The notes beneath the pieces are model-generated. The model did not search any database, was not told where the DNA came from, and saw nothing but the letters and a program-made list of their open reading frames with translations. Made by a program: the position numbers and the translations under genes. From Macrostomum hystrix (Eukaryota > Animalia > Platyhelminthes), in assembly GCA_950097015.1 (NCBI GenBank), contig CATNEN010000012.1, positions 930,001 to 994,000 on the forward strand: a DNA stretch of 64,000 nt, in the 5' to 3' direction. This document shows, piece by piece, positions 38,745 to 50,799 of the stretch; position 1 is the stretch's first letter; every line of letters starts with the position of its first letter.

Positions 38745-39499
38745 TTGTTGCAGTTGTTCCAGTCATAGTTGCTAATTTTAGTTTTTTGTTAGGTGAAGGG
38801 GCAAGCATCAAACGGTTGGATTAATTAGCGTGCGAACATTAAAAGTGCACTCAAATATTTTTGGTCAGGTCATGCGTAGCAACCAGTTAAGTATCATGCA
38901 GCTCAATACACACAGGCTAATTTCATATATCTGAGAATGACTTGAGTAGTCTACAAGGACTCACTGCAGTTGCTGCGGTTGATTTTGTCTTTGCAAATTG
39001 TACAACTGGCTACGACTGTCACTGGCCATTGCACTTTGAGTCATGGCCAGACTCGGCGGCTGCTGCTGCTGCTGCTGCATTAGCATCTGTTGCATCAGTA
39101 TCTGCTCTTGTTGTCGTTGTTGAAATGGATCCAAATGCTGCTGCTGCTGCTGCTGCTGTTGCTGCCTTTGCGATTTACCCTTTTTATCGAGCTTTGTTGC
39201 ACTCTTTGTTCTTTTGATGCCGATGCCACGAAACAGGCTCTGCGGTGGCACATTGGGATAATTGCTAAATTTAATCCCCACTGACATTCGCTTACTTTCC
39301 TGGCTAAAGGGTTGCCTTACCTTAATCTTGCTGGTCGCAGGCTTGTCAACACCGACTGCGCCGCCTGAGGAAGCCGCTGATGCCATCAGCTGCTGTTGGC
39401 TTTGCTGCTGCTGCGGCTGCTGCTGCTGATGCACACTGTTTCTGCGCCAGCTCGGGTCGAAGTGAGCGCTTAGGCCACCATTTGAGTCCAAAGAGGTGT
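30614..39499 (-). CDS. C2 + RasGAP + coiled-coil protein of the SynGAP/DAB2IP/RASAL2 (nGAP) family, polyQ-rich; core exons
   Basis: Phase-compatible exons 39321-39499, 38965-39239 (IKRTKSATKLDK), 38346-38771, 37000-37083 (SHESL), 34084-34290 (DNSLKLWIFEAK...YARTTTK...FWGEPFEF, C2), 31397-33580 (arginine finger FRGNS, FLRFICPAI) and 30614-30998 (coiled coil, stop). Confidence 0.93.
31018..31372. repeat. 20-bp intronic minisatellite (CCAGACACTCCACTGTCTAC)n
   Basis: Fills almost the whole last RasGAP intron (30999-31396). Confidence 0.93.
33604..34070. repeat. 17-bp intronic minisatellite (AATTTCAGAATCTTCCC)n
   Basis: Fills almost the whole intron 33581-34083. Confidence 0.93.
34397..36063. 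repeat. 21-bp intronic minisatellite (CATGAGATCTTCGAATTGAGA / GATGAG...)n, about 79 copies
   Basis: Read directly; two main unit variants. Confidence 0.97.
36869..36892 (-). CDS. Candidate 24-nt phase-2 microexon of the RasGAP gene (PTPVASG)
   Basis: On the - strand: ttacag|ACCAACACCTGTTGCGTCGGGAAG|gtaaga; frame-preserving between phase-2 neighbours; no homology support. Confidence 0.3.
37685..38315. repeat. 21-bp purine-rich intronic minisatellite (GGGTAGAGAGCGGAGAAGAC[G/A])n
   Basis: Read directly. Confidence 0.95.
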
Positions 39500-39599
39500 C
39501 TGCGAAAGCAGGTCAATGCAGTGCGGTAGTGAATCGTCAGTTTGGTGCGCGTGGAGAGCAAGTTTAAAACCAGTAGATGCTCAAAACATGAGTACAGTG

Positions 39600-40210
39600 A
39601 GAATCAGTTGCAGAAGAGTGGACAATCCCGAGCAGTAGAGTGGAGAATCCCAAGCAGTAGAATGGAGAATCCCAAGAAGTAGAGTGGAGAATCCCAAGCA
39701 GTAGAGTGGAGAATCCCAAGCAGTAGAGTGGAGAATCCCAAGCAGTAGAGTGGAGAATCCCAAGCAGTAGAGTGGAGAATCCCAAGCAGTAGAGTGGAGA
39801 ATTAATCCCTAGCAGTAGAGTGGAGAATCCCAAGGAGTAGAGTGAAGAATCCCTAGCAGTAGAGTGGAGAATCCCAAGCAGTAGAGTGGAGAATCCCAAG
39901 CAGTAGAGTGGAGAATTAATCCCTAGCAGTAGAGTGGAGAATCCCAAGGAGTAGAGTGAAGAATCTCTAGCAGTAGATTGGAGAATCCTAAGGTGTAGAG
40001 TGGAGAATCCCAAGGAGTAGAATGGAGAATCCCTAGCAGTAGAGTGGAGAATCCCAAGGAGTAGAGTGAAGAATCTCTAGCAGTAGAGTGGAGAATCCCT
40101 AGCAGTAAAGTGGAGAATCCCTAGCAGTAGAGTGGAGAATCCCTAGCAGTAGACTGGAGAATCCCTAGCAGTAGACTGGAGAATCCCTAGCAGTAGACTG
40201 GAGAATCCCA
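39600..40210. repeat. 22-bp minisatellite (GTAGAGTGGAGAATCCCAAGCA)n, array 1
   Basis: Read directly; the same unit recurs at 42415-43037. Confidence 0.94.
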
Positions 40211-40261
40211 GCCGTAAAGTGGACTATCGCATGGTCTGCAATCGGTTCTCACCGGCCTTAC

Positions 40262-40319
40262 CTGGCATCAGGCAGGTATAGGATAGATTTAGCTTCACAG
40301 CTTCACTTTGATGCAGCAT
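40262..40319 (-). CDS. Candidate alternative first coding exon of the RasGAP gene (MLHQSEAVKLNLSYTCLMP)
   Basis: ATG with an upstream in-frame stop; ends CCA G|gtaagg in phase 1, matching the acceptor at 39499. Confidence 0.35.
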
Positions 40320-40984
40320 GCCCAGCTCACGAATATGGCCACTATTTCATTTAGAAGTGAGGAACTGTAACTGCAATGGTCTCTCTCCCCACCGTAGCCA
40401 TTTTATATTATCTGCGGGGTCCAACTGAACTGGGCCAACCAAATCCTGAGGGGGTACACGCGCGCCAATGATTGAAATAAATGCCGAGACTTGACTGTGT
40501 GGGGATTCAATCAGCTATCGGACACGCGGGCTAGCTGTGGGAGATGGGTGGCTTGGGGGGATGAGGAAATTCTTTAGCCCTGTTCCCCCTGACCATGGCT
40601 TCACCTTCATCACCTCCAGCCCTATCTGTGATCCCTTCATGCGCACTATAGAATCCCATCTGATTAGTGGAAACTGTTTTGGGGAAACTTCTCTCAGTGT
40701 ATCTCTCTTATCCAGCCAGCCCAGTTGACTTAGACTTTCCAGAAATATATCATTTTCAGCTCTAACTTGGACTGCTGAATGATTTATGATTTGCCTAACC
40801 TGGTGCGAAGATAATGTTAGCCGTAGCATAATTAGCTGATGCACTCACTACCTTTGGCCTTCTGCATCTAGTTAGTGGGGTGGGGGTTTGGTCCTAGGTG
40901 CGCCGACCCTCTTGGATGCACTTATGATCATATCTGTCATGAAAAATTTGGTCTGCAAGTGTGCGGGCAGTCACAGAGTAATGG

Positions 40985-41862
40985 GATAGAGACACAGAGA
41001 GACAGAAAGAGAGACAGAGAGACAGAGAGAGAGACAGAGACAGAAAGAGAGACAAAGAGACAGAGAGACAGAGAGACAGAGAGACAGAGAGACAGAGAGA
41101 CAGAGAGAAAGAGAGACAGAGAGACAGAGAGACAGAGAGACAGAGAGACAGAGAGACAGAGAGACAGAGAGACAGAGAGACAGAGAGACAGAGAGACAGA
41201 AAGAGAGACAGAGAGACAGAGAGACAGAGAGACAGAGAGACAGAGAGACAGAGAGACAGAGAGACAGAAAGAGAGGCAGAGAGACAGAGAGACAGAAAGA
41301 GAGACAGAGAGACAGGGAGACAGAAAGACAGAGAGACAGAGAGACAGAGAGACAGAGAGACAGAGAGACAGGGAGACAGAAAGACAGAGAGACAGAGAGA
41401 CAGAGAGACAGAGAGACAGAGAGACAGAGAGACAGAGAGACAGAGAGACAGAAAGAGAGACAGAGAGACAGGGAGACAGAGAGACAGAAAGAGAGACAGA
41501 GAGACAGGGAGACAGAGAGACAGAAAGAGAGACAGAGAGACAGAGAGACAGAGAGACAGAGAGACAGAAAGAGAGACAGAGAGACAGGGAGACAGAAAGA
41601 CAGAGAGACAGAGAGACAGAGAGACAGAGAGACAGAGAGACAGGGAGACAGAAAGACAGAGAGACAGAGAGACAGAGAGACAGAGAGACAGAGAGACAGA
41701 GAGACAGAGAGACAGAGAGACAGAGAGACAGAGAGACAGAAAGACAGAGAGACAGAGAGACAGAGAGACAGAGAGACAGAGAGACAGAGAGACAGAGAGA
41801 CAGAAAGAGAGGCAGAGAGGCAGAGAGACAGAAAGAGAAGCAGAGAGACAGGGAGATAGAGA
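40985..41862. repeat. (GAGACAGA)n 8-bp microsatellite
   Basis: Read directly. Confidence 0.96.
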
Positions 41863-42414
41863 GGGTTCAGAACTGTTGTGAGTGACTTCCCAGCCTGAAT
41901 AATTAATTTTTGGCCAGGGACCGGCAGACTAGGCTCAGTCTCAGTCGCCATTAGGCCATAATTGTCCTATGCAAGCTCAGAGCTTCTCAATCAAGTCGGA
42001 CAGAATGGGGTGGTGTTTAGGCGGCGTCGGCGATGGCAGCAATGTCGGGGGGGGCGCCTGCGTGAGCAGATTTCAGACTGCTCAGCCAAAAAAGGTTTTC
42101 TATCGCCGCAGAGGCCGAAGACCTTCATCTCTCTCAGTGTGTGTGCTTGTGTGGTCTGGCGGGACAGACTGGGACGCAGATGGTTTGGGACCGCGGGCAG
42201 GAAGGCAAGCGGTTAAAATCAAACACGGATGGAGGCCGGAGGGCTCGTGCGTTTTGAAATTATGCTGGGGATTTTGATGGAATTTGATGGAATGGGTAAG
42301 CCGGAAGATTGTAGGGGCTACTAAATTGGCGAGTCATGATTGTACTGAACTGGGGGACTGGGGATAACTGGCTGTTGGAAGCTAACTAGGATAGATTTTT
42401 TAAGGCATTTCAGA

Positions 42415-43037
42415 ATCCCTAATAGTAGAGTAGAGAATCTCATGGAGAGAGTTTAAAATCTCAAGTAGTAATCCATACGAGTAGAGTAAAGAATCCTTAG
42501 GACTACAGTGCAGAATCCCTAGCAGTAGAGTGGAGAATCCCAAGGAATAGAGTGAAGAATCCCTAGCAGTAGAGTGGAGAATCCCAAGGAATAGAGTGGA
42601 GAATCCCTAGGAGTAGAGTGGAGAATCCCTAGGAGTAGAGTGGAGAATCCCTAGGAGTAGAGTGGAGAATCCCTAGGAGTAGAGTGGAGAATCCCTAGGA
42701 GTAGAGTGGAGAATCCAAGGGAGTAGAGTGGAGAATCCCAAGCAGTAGAGTGGAGAATCCCAAGGAGTAGAGTGGAGAATCCCTAGGAGTAGAGTGGAGA
42801 ATCCCAAGCAGTAGAGTGGAGAATCCCAAGGAGTAGAGTGGAGAATCCCAAGGAGTAGAGTGGAGAATCCCAAGCAGTAGAGTGGAGAATCCCAAGCAGT
42901 AGAGTGGAGAATCCCTAGGAGTAGAGTGGAGAATCCCAAGGAGTAGAGTGGAGAATCCCAAGCAGTAGAGTGGAGAATCCCAAGCAGTAGAGTGGAGAAT
43001 CCCAAGCAGTAGAGTGGAGAATCCCTAGGAGTAGAGT
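42415..43037. repeat. 22-bp minisatellite (GTAGAGTGGAGAATCCC[A/T]AG[C/G]A)n, array 2
   Basis: Same family and orientation as 39600-40210. Confidence 0.94.
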
Positions 43038-44297
43038 GACAGAAAATTGAACAGGTGGACAGAAAATTGGAATCAGTTGGTAGATTAAATGTTCTTTGTG
43101 CTAGTTGAAATCAAACGTCAAATTAACTTCTTTCTTTCTAATTAATTAGCGCTTGCTAGTATAACACAAACATTTTCGTATATGAAAATAATTGAATAAG
43201 TCCCTTTATTCTTTGGAGAAATGTTTCTTTAAGAAAAATGTTGGAGCTAATAGTCGTCTAGCTTAATTGTTGAATCAATATTATTCTTCATTCAATTTCA
43301 ATTGAATATGAATATGAATATGAATTCATGAATTATGAATAATTTAGCTGGAGAAACTAAATCATTGGGGAACTACCGACCTCTCGGTCAAAAGTTAGAA
43401 GTTTAAGCTACAGCCTTTCTTGGCTAAAATCTATGAATCATAGCTTTGGCTAATATAGTAAATAAAGATATTCGACGCGTTTTATACTACTGGCCAAAGC
43501 GGCGAGTAGTGCAAGTAGTGCGTGCCTAAAATTAAGTTAATGAATTTTGTGAAAAGCGTGCACTGATTAATACTAAGAGAGATTGAATCCAGTATCAGTT
43601 CTATCTGCTTTGTTTAGCTGCGAACCGACCCAAGGTCATATATCTACCTTAGCAGAAAAGCAACAGTGCTTGTGTGTAGCTTGTGCATAATTTAACTGGT
43701 TATAGTGTAGAGACTGCAGAAATATATTTTTCACTTCACTAGAAATTTATTTCCTGCCAGGCGCGTTGTATCCGCTTTTAGTATTCACCTTCCTCTTGTA
43801 GAAAATCTTTTTGTTTATGGATGGAAAGTATATATCTAATTGGCATTGAGTTATTTGGGAATAATTTTTGTCGAATCATTGCTTGCAATGCAATGTCCAA
43901 TGCAAGGGAAAAATATTTTCTAGCTAAAACCAAGAATTCTCGACCATTTATAAATATTCGACAATTTCTAACAAACTACTATAATGTGTTCTATCAGTCC
44001 TGGTTGCTATGGGCGTTATAATTAGTTTTTTAATTCCCTATTTTGATTTTGAACAAGATTTTCCTAGTCAAGTTAATCGTTAATTAGGAAAGTAGAAATC
44101 TTAAATCTTTCTAATAAAGCAGTATTTCAAATTCCCGTATTTCCCCTTTTTTTCTTTTGTTATTCAGTTAGGCCAAAAAAGTAACGATTTAAGAAAACGT
44201 TTCTATATTGTGCCCAGCAATGTCTGCTTGTTGTCTGCTTGTTGGACTATAAATTGGTTTCCATGCTGACGGTGTCTCCCCCATCCCATTGTCTCAC

Positions 44298-44451
44298 CAG
44301 GTCCCCTGTCGCTGGAGTAGCGCCCGCCAGCCTGCGGCTCAAACTCGGTGGCCGGCTCCGTGCCAGCGCAGTGCAGCTGCTCCTTCCACTTGGACTGCAG
44401 CCGAGAGTCCGACCGACGTCCCAGACCCAGACGCTTGAAGCTTTTCGACAT
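44298..44451 (-). CDS. Candidate alternative first coding exon of the RasGAP gene (MSKSFKRLGLGRRSDSRLQSKWKEQL...DRGP)
   Basis: GC-rich 51 codons plus 1 nt; ends CCT G|gtgaga in phase 1, matching the acceptor at 39499. Confidence 0.55.
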
Positions 44452-44477
44452 TTTGCGTCGATCTGGTGCTATATCAG

Positions 44478-44542
44478 TCTAGATTACTAAGTCTAGATTA
44501 CTAAGTCTAGATTACTAAGTCTAGATTACTAAGTCTAGATTA
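44478..44542. repeat. 14-bp repeat (CTAGATTACTAAGT)n, about 4.5 copies
   Basis: Read directly. Confidence 0.9.
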
Positions 44543-45237
44543 AAAGTAGGCGCGTCAATCAATTCTGTACTTTTCTAGCACTCGGATGATGCTGATGTCA
44601 GTGTGTTTTCGACGCAACTTCGACTTGTATAAAAATACAAGTAGGCAGACTTTTATAGCAGTTTCCACACCAAGCCTCCACACGCCCTGTCTATGCGTCT
44701 CAATTCTCTCCGCTTGATAGAATTGCTGTCTGTTTGCGTTTAAGATTTGTTGCAAATGAAAAAGCCTAATATGAGGTACTTACTACATGATATATTCGCT
44801 GTCTGTTTAGCTTTGCGCACAAATTATCTATAGTGTACATTGCGAAGTGGAGGCTAAGGGGCAAGATTGGGTAGCTTTGCCACCGTGTCTATTTGAGCTG
44901 TTCTAGCGAACTTACAAGGCCCCAGATCTTAATCGCAACTAAACAGGGGTGGGTGAGCATAGTAAGGTGGCGGGAGGTGGTGAGAAAGAGACTGAAAACA
45001 GTTTCGTGATTTCTTTTTTTAAGAACACTCTCGGCACACACGTGAAAAAAAACTTATTTTCAGGCATAGCAATACCAGGAGAGAGACAAAAGGGAGACAC
45101 ACAGAGAGAGAGAGAGGGCTGACTTGTAACCGCAGAGACAGCTCAGAGCAGAGGGTGAATCATCAGGCGGCATGCGGTTTGTTTTTTTTCATAAAAAAAG
45201 TTCTGACGGCATTTTCACATTTTGCTGTCTATTGGCA

Positions 45238-45555
45238 AAGAGGTTGTAGCCTAGTGGTTAGGGCGTCGGACTCACGACTTGATGGTCGGGGGGTTCGATT
45301 CCCGTCTCCACTTAAACAATTTGTGTCCTTTAGCAAGACACTTAACTCTGCATTGCTTCAGTTCACCCAGCTGTTAAATGGGTACCAGCATTAGCTGGGA
45401 TAATTGAAGGTGGGTGTGGCGTCCCCCCAGTCCATGGACTGAACAGCCGTACGCGGCCTTCAGATGCGCCGCGCAATAGCTGCGGCTGTGCTGTCGGCTG
45501 CACATCTGACCCGATTAGGGCAGGTGTAATCAATTATTATTATTATTATTATTAT
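45238..45555 (+). mobile_element. Full-length tRNA-derived SINE (family 1) with (ATT)n tail and 12-bp target-site duplication
   Basis: A-box TAGCCTAGTGG, B-box GGTTCGATTCC, CORE-like GTGTCCTTTAGCAAGACACTTAAC and (ATT)n tail; TGTCTATTGGCA at 45226-45237 and 45556-45567. Confidence 0.92.
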
Positions 45556-45715
45556 TGTCTATTGGCAGTTTTCTATGCTTGCAGCTGGGCGCCGTTTGAC
45601 AAGCATGTGATTGTCTGAGTGACAATCTAATTTATGAGTTAGGATACTATTGGTTTTCAACTTCTATTTCAAACTAAGTAACTTAAATTTCGCCCCAGCG
45701 GCTCTCCGGCTGGCG

Positions 45716-46120
45716 TTAGTAACTTCAATTTCGCCCGCGGGGGAGGGCGATGCTCGAGGGGGGGGTACCCGATTAGCCCGATTTCGCCCGCAGGGAGGGA
45801 GATGCTCGAGGGGGGGTACCCGATTAGTAACTTCAATTTCGCCCGCGGGGGAGGGGAATGCTCGAGGGGGGTACCCGATTAGTAACTTCAATTTCGCCCG
45901 CGGGGGAGGGGGATGCTCGAGGGGGGTACCCGATTAGTAACTTCAATTTCGCCCGCGGGGGAGGGGGATGCTCGAGGGGGGGTACCCGATTAGTAACTTC
46001 AATTTCGCCCGCAGGGAGGGAGATGCTCGAGGGGGGGGTACGCGATTAGTAACTTCAATTTCGCCCGCGGGGAGGGGGATTCTCGTGTGTACCCGATTAG
46101 TAACTTCAATTTCGTCCGCG
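45716..46120. repeat. 55-56-bp G-tract minisatellite (TAGTAACTTCAATTTCGCCCGCGGGGGAGGGGGATGCTCGAGGGGGGTACCCGAT)n, about 7 copies
   Basis: Unit starts at about 45825, 45880, 45935, 45991, 46047 and 46098. Confidence 0.92.
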
Positions 46121-46142
46121 AGACCGCGGCCTGCCCAAGTTA

Positions 46143-46598
46143 GAGCAATTCAATTTCACAAAATGTAACTTCTATTTCGTATCTTCAGCACAGCGATTTG
46201 TGTTTGCGCTCGCTCTGTGAAATACGGACTTTGTCCTTGCCTTTGATCTTCGCCGGCGCCGCCACCGACTCCACCGCGATGCAATTATAATAATTCTGTC
46301 GAGTTGTCGAGAGATTTATGGCCCTGTGAATTTATGACCCTATAGCACAGAATCACAGTAAAAATTATTCTAATTGGATAGCGCCGGCACTTTCACAACC
46401 AGCCACTCTTGAAGCTCCAATCTTATTAGTGCGACAATACGAGCTCTTTTTGTTGTTTGTCTCCCACTTTGGTGTCATGCCTGAGACGTCAAAAATATAT
46501 TTAAATACAGGCTCATCTTGGCCTATATTTATGTTTGAAGCCGGATGAAAAAAATGCAAGACGAAATAGAAGTTACTTTTTGTGAAATTGATTTACTC
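46143..46598. mobile_element. Non-autonomous TIR element (Tourist/PIF-Harbinger-like MITE)
   Basis: About 38-bp imperfect TIRs GAG(C/T)AA(T/A)TCAATTTCACAAAA(T/A)GTAACTTCTATTTCGT; TTA on both sides (46140-46142 and 46599-46601); no ORF. Confidence 0.8.
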
Positions 46599-46611
46599 TT
46601 ACGCATTGTTT

Positions 46612-46912
46612 TCTGTGTCTAACAGGTTGTGTTCCAGTGTCTAACAGGTTGTGTTCCAGTGTCTAACAGGTTGTGTTGCAGTGTCTAACAGGTTGTGTTC
46701 CAGTGTATACAGGTTGTGTTCCAGTGTCTAACAGTGTTGTGTGTTCCAGTGTCTAACAGGTTGTGTTCCAGTGTCTAACAGGTTGTGTTCCAGTGTCTAA
46801 CAGGTTGTGTTGCAGTGTCTAACAGGTTGTGTTCCAGTGTCTAACAGGTTGTGTTGCAGTGTCTAACAGGTTGTGTTCCAGTGTCTAACAGGTTGTGTTC
46901 CAGTGTCTAACA
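46612..46912. repeat. 22-bp minisatellite (AACAGGTTGTGTTCCAGTGTCT)n
   Basis: Read directly. Confidence 0.94.
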
Positions 46913-47599
46913 TGTATTTGTCATCTTCTTGGGTGCAACTTAGATTCCCTAATAGGTAGTTAGATAGATAATTAATGTTGACGTGTCTCTAGGCACAGAG
47001 TCAAATTCAACCACAAAATGCTCTACTTTAAGTAGAGAACTATGCATATCGGGCGAGAAATTTAAGAGGAAATCTCAGCCTAAAGGTAGCGGGGAGAAAA
47101 AAAGAAAGCTGCACAACAATGAAAATGAAACACTGACTCTACAGCTTAACAACCGAAACTTCGGAAATTTAGTTAACTGGCGGCGCAAGGTGTGATCGAT
47201 ACGCAATTTAGTTTTGAGTCGCCCTGCTCACGCTCAAAACCTGCATGGCAAAATAATACAAAGAAGACTTCGGCTGGCTTGGCGCAAAAGAATTTCACCA
47301 ATCAATTTCTCAGCCGCCACATCCAGTCCAACTGGCTCATTGTTTCTCGATGAAAGTTTCCTTTGAACATTTCCACTATGAGCTGCTTTTTCACTTATTT
47401 CATCAGCCGCATTTGTGACTGCCTCCAGTGATTGCATTTTCTGGGTAGGCCTTAAACCAATTTATTCTAGTTTTACTTCTCCCCGCTATTAATTAGTAAT
47501 TCACAAAGCCATGGACTTTATCCTAATTTTATCGAATTTTATGACCAATTAGTCTTTTTATAGGAATTCGACCCAGACGCACTGCTGTTCATTCTCCTC

Positions 47600-47985
47600 A
47601 CTTTTCCTCTCTCCTCTCTCCTCTATCATCTCTCCTCTCTACTCACTACTCACTACTCACTACTCACTACTCACTACTCACTACTCACTACTCACCTCTC
47701 TCTCCTTTCTCCTCTCTCCCCTCTCCTCTCTCCCCTCTCCTCTCTCCCCTCTCCTCTCTCCCCTCTCCTCTCTCCCCTCTCCTCTCTCCCCTCTCCTCTC
47801 TCCCCTCTCCTCTCTCCCCTCTCCTCTCTCCCCTCTCCTCTCTCCCCTCTCCTCTCTCCCCTCTCCTCTCTCCCCTCTCCTCTCTCCCCTCTCCTCTCTC
47901 CCCTCTCCCCTCTCCCCTCTTCTCTCTCCTCTCTCCTCTCTCATCTCTCCTATCTTCTCTCCTTTATCTTCCGTCTCCTCTCTCT
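47600..47985. repeat. Compound pyrimidine-rich microsatellite: (ACTCACT)n plus (CTCTCCTCTCTCCC)n
   Basis: Read directly. Confidence 0.93.
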
Positions 47986-48614
47986 CGGATCACTCGCATT
48001 ATTCCTATCTCTATGTTTTCGTCATATATTTCTCTGTATCACATCCCCAACAGCATCCTGTCCCCAATTATCCAACTATTTGTGGGTTATTTATGCGAAT
48101 GTGCTCAAACTCAAAGTGAGTTTGACTTATTTTAAATTTCCAAAGTTCTCTTCAACAATTATTCGTTAACTATGAGCACTGCCCACTCTACAGTTGATCT
48201 AACTTTCCCTATTCCAACAATATAATTCCAAGATTCCATGGCTGGGTCCACCACAACGCGGTGTCTGTTTTACTTAACTAAAAAGTGAGTATATTTAGCT
48301 TTCCATGCCCGAGTCTGTGGTCTGTGGTCTTGTCTGGCCATACTACTGGCGTTGCACTGTTTGCCCAGTGCCAACACAGCCGCCTCTGCAGCCGCTAACC
48401 TGCACTGCCCGCCGTAATACTTTGACCCATATTGGATTCGCTGACAGGTCAGGGGGCTAGGGTCAGGGCCTCAATAGTATGATAGGCGTAACTACAGACT
48501 AGTTATTGTTGGTGAGTCGCTTGTCTAAACATGATAAAGTCCAGTATGCATTACTGAGTCTTTATTGCATAAGTAAATTGTCTGCTACCTGACCTCACCG
48601 ACAATACTCACCCA

Positions 48615-48785
48615 GTCTTCTCACTGCCTCCCTCTCACTGTCTCCCTCTCACTGCCTCCCTCTCACTGCCTCCGTCTCACTGCCTCCCTCTCACTGCCTC
48701 CCTCTCACTGCCTCCCTCTCACTGCCTCCCTCTCACTGCCTCCCTCTCACTGCCTCCCTCTCACTGTCATCCTCTCACTGTCCCC
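48615..48785. repeat. 14-bp repeat (CTCACTGCCTCCCT)n
   Basis: Read directly. Confidence 0.92.
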
Positions 48786-49534
48786 GCTAAGCCAGGAAAG
48801 AGTGAAGTGAGACTGAGAAGTGGTGAGGCGGATTGAGTAATTACACTTGCCAGCGTAAGTGCTCCATGATTGCTTGGCTCATCCTGAGCAGAATCTGAGC
48901 AGGGCTCTGGCTTCCCATCTCATTTTTCTAGGAAATTCTCCTTACTTCCTTTCACACTCTCATCCCATCTTACATCCACTTGAGTTGGAGAGAATTGTCG
49001 GGGCAGACCGTGCCAAAGCGGTCGCTTTCTGCCGACTCCCGATTTGGGAAGTGTAACTCTCCGTCTTCCCCCACCCCCCGACTGCCCAGGTAACTCCCAG
49101 TGCAACCCCGCCAAACTAAAAGCAGCAACAACAGTTTTGCCGTGCGTGTGAGTCATTCTAGGCTTCCAAAAAATTGGTGGAAAGAAAGAATTGGGAAATT
49201 CTCCCAGCCTGAGTTGGAGCGATCGCCTCGCCTCCTCTGTCGCAGGCCAACTCACGCACGTTTCAAAGCACACAGCGATTGTCACACCTCGCCAGCAACT
49301 CAAACCCCGCTTCCAAACTAAAATCATCTTGCAAAACCATATTTCTCCCCGTCAACTGTCTCCAGGTTGGGGCGTGAGTCCTGACTTCTATTTGCTTTGA
49401 GTACAGAAAAATCATGCCAACTGAACTCACACACCCCACCCTGCCCTCACTCACCTGTGCTTTTAAGCAGTGACTAATGAATTCACTTAAGAGTTGCAAT
49501 GCTTTTTCCAAATATACATTACTACAAATCACTC

Positions 49535-50000
49535 TATTAGCTGTAAATCATTCTGTTTAGCTGTAAATCATTCTGTTTAGCTGTAAATCATTCTGTTTAG
49601 CTGTTAATCATTCTGTTTAGCTGTAAATCATTCTGTTTAGCTGTAAATCATTCTGTTTAGCTGTAAATCATTCTGTTTAGCAGTAAATCATTCTGTTTAG
49701 CTGTAAATCATTCTGTTTAGCTGTTAATCATTCTGTTTAGCTGTAAATCATTCTGTTTAGCTGTTAATCATTCTGTTTAGCTGTTAATCATTCTGTTTAG
49801 CTGTAAATCATTCTGTTTACCTGTAAATCATTCTGTTTAGCTGTTAATCATTCTGTTTAGCTGTTAATCATTCTGTTTAGCTGTAAATGATTCTGTTAAC
49901 CTGTAAATCATTCTGTTAACCTGTAAATGATTCTGTTTAGCTGTAATATTATTCTGTTTAGCTGTATATCATTCTTTTTAGCTGTAATATCATTCTGTAG
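49535..50000. repeat. 20-bp minisatellite (CTGTAAATCATTCTGTTTAG)n
   Basis: Read directly. Confidence 0.95.
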
Positions 50001-50799
50001 CGAGGTGGCGAGGCTTTTGAAAGAAGCCAATGATTTCCTCATTTCCCGCTATATGGATTGGTGAGTAATGAAAAAAGTCAAGCAGCTTCCACGAACCACC
50101 AAAGGCTGACAGACAAGCTCGGCATTGTTGTGCCCATTTTTCTTTTTAGAAAAAAGTGGCACCACGCTAGGGATTCGGGTTAGGAAACGCAGTACGCTGT
50201 GCCGTGTGGAAATAGAGTGATTGGTGAAACCGTGTGCAGGCTACGCTATCTGGCTATCTGGGATAAGAGAGTGAGTGAGGGGCAAACGGACCCACCTGTT
50301 CCCATGCGAATGAAGCTTTTATTTGCCCGCTATCTGCTTGCTTCGGAGCCTAATATAGCGGCCTCTCTGACTCTCCCCGCCCGCCATGACCGCCCCTAAT
50401 TTTTATATCGGCCGAGCTACAAGCTCCGTAGACAAGAAAAAGTCAGCAGAATCCCAGGTCAAGCCATCCTTCCTTCCTTCCTTCCTTTCGCAGCCAGGAA
50501 TCCAAGAGTTTTTTTCTTCAGCGTGAGGAGGGATTTGCTGAAGATTTGGCCTACAGTTTTTAGACGGAGTGGCAAGGAAAAAGCTGTTCGGCTGTGGCAC
50601 CTGCGCTAATCAGACTTGAAGCCACTGTCTTCCGTTTCCCCGCATCTTTCCTTTCCGTCTGCTTTTGCTTCGTCTTTTTTTCCGCGTCTCTCTCAATTTC
50701 TCTTTCGCTTTCTCTTTTTTTTCCGCGGCGTTTTCTCCTGTTGATCGTCTTGTAATTAAGACCAAACTCGCCCCGTGCATGGGGATTAGGCGAGATAGA

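Noticed and set aside
37750-38811. 353-aa poly-Ser ORF
   Set aside because: Wrong frame; splice phases and flanking exons support the poly-Gln frame (exon 38346-38771), and the tail is minisatellite.
41960-42280. Short GC-rich ORFs within the RasGAP 5' intron
   Set aside because: No phase-compatible splice sites and no recognisable motifs.
48230-48460. GC-rich patch with a signal-peptide-like reading (CLAILLALHCLP)
   Set aside because: No consistent start or splice structure and no recognisable homology.
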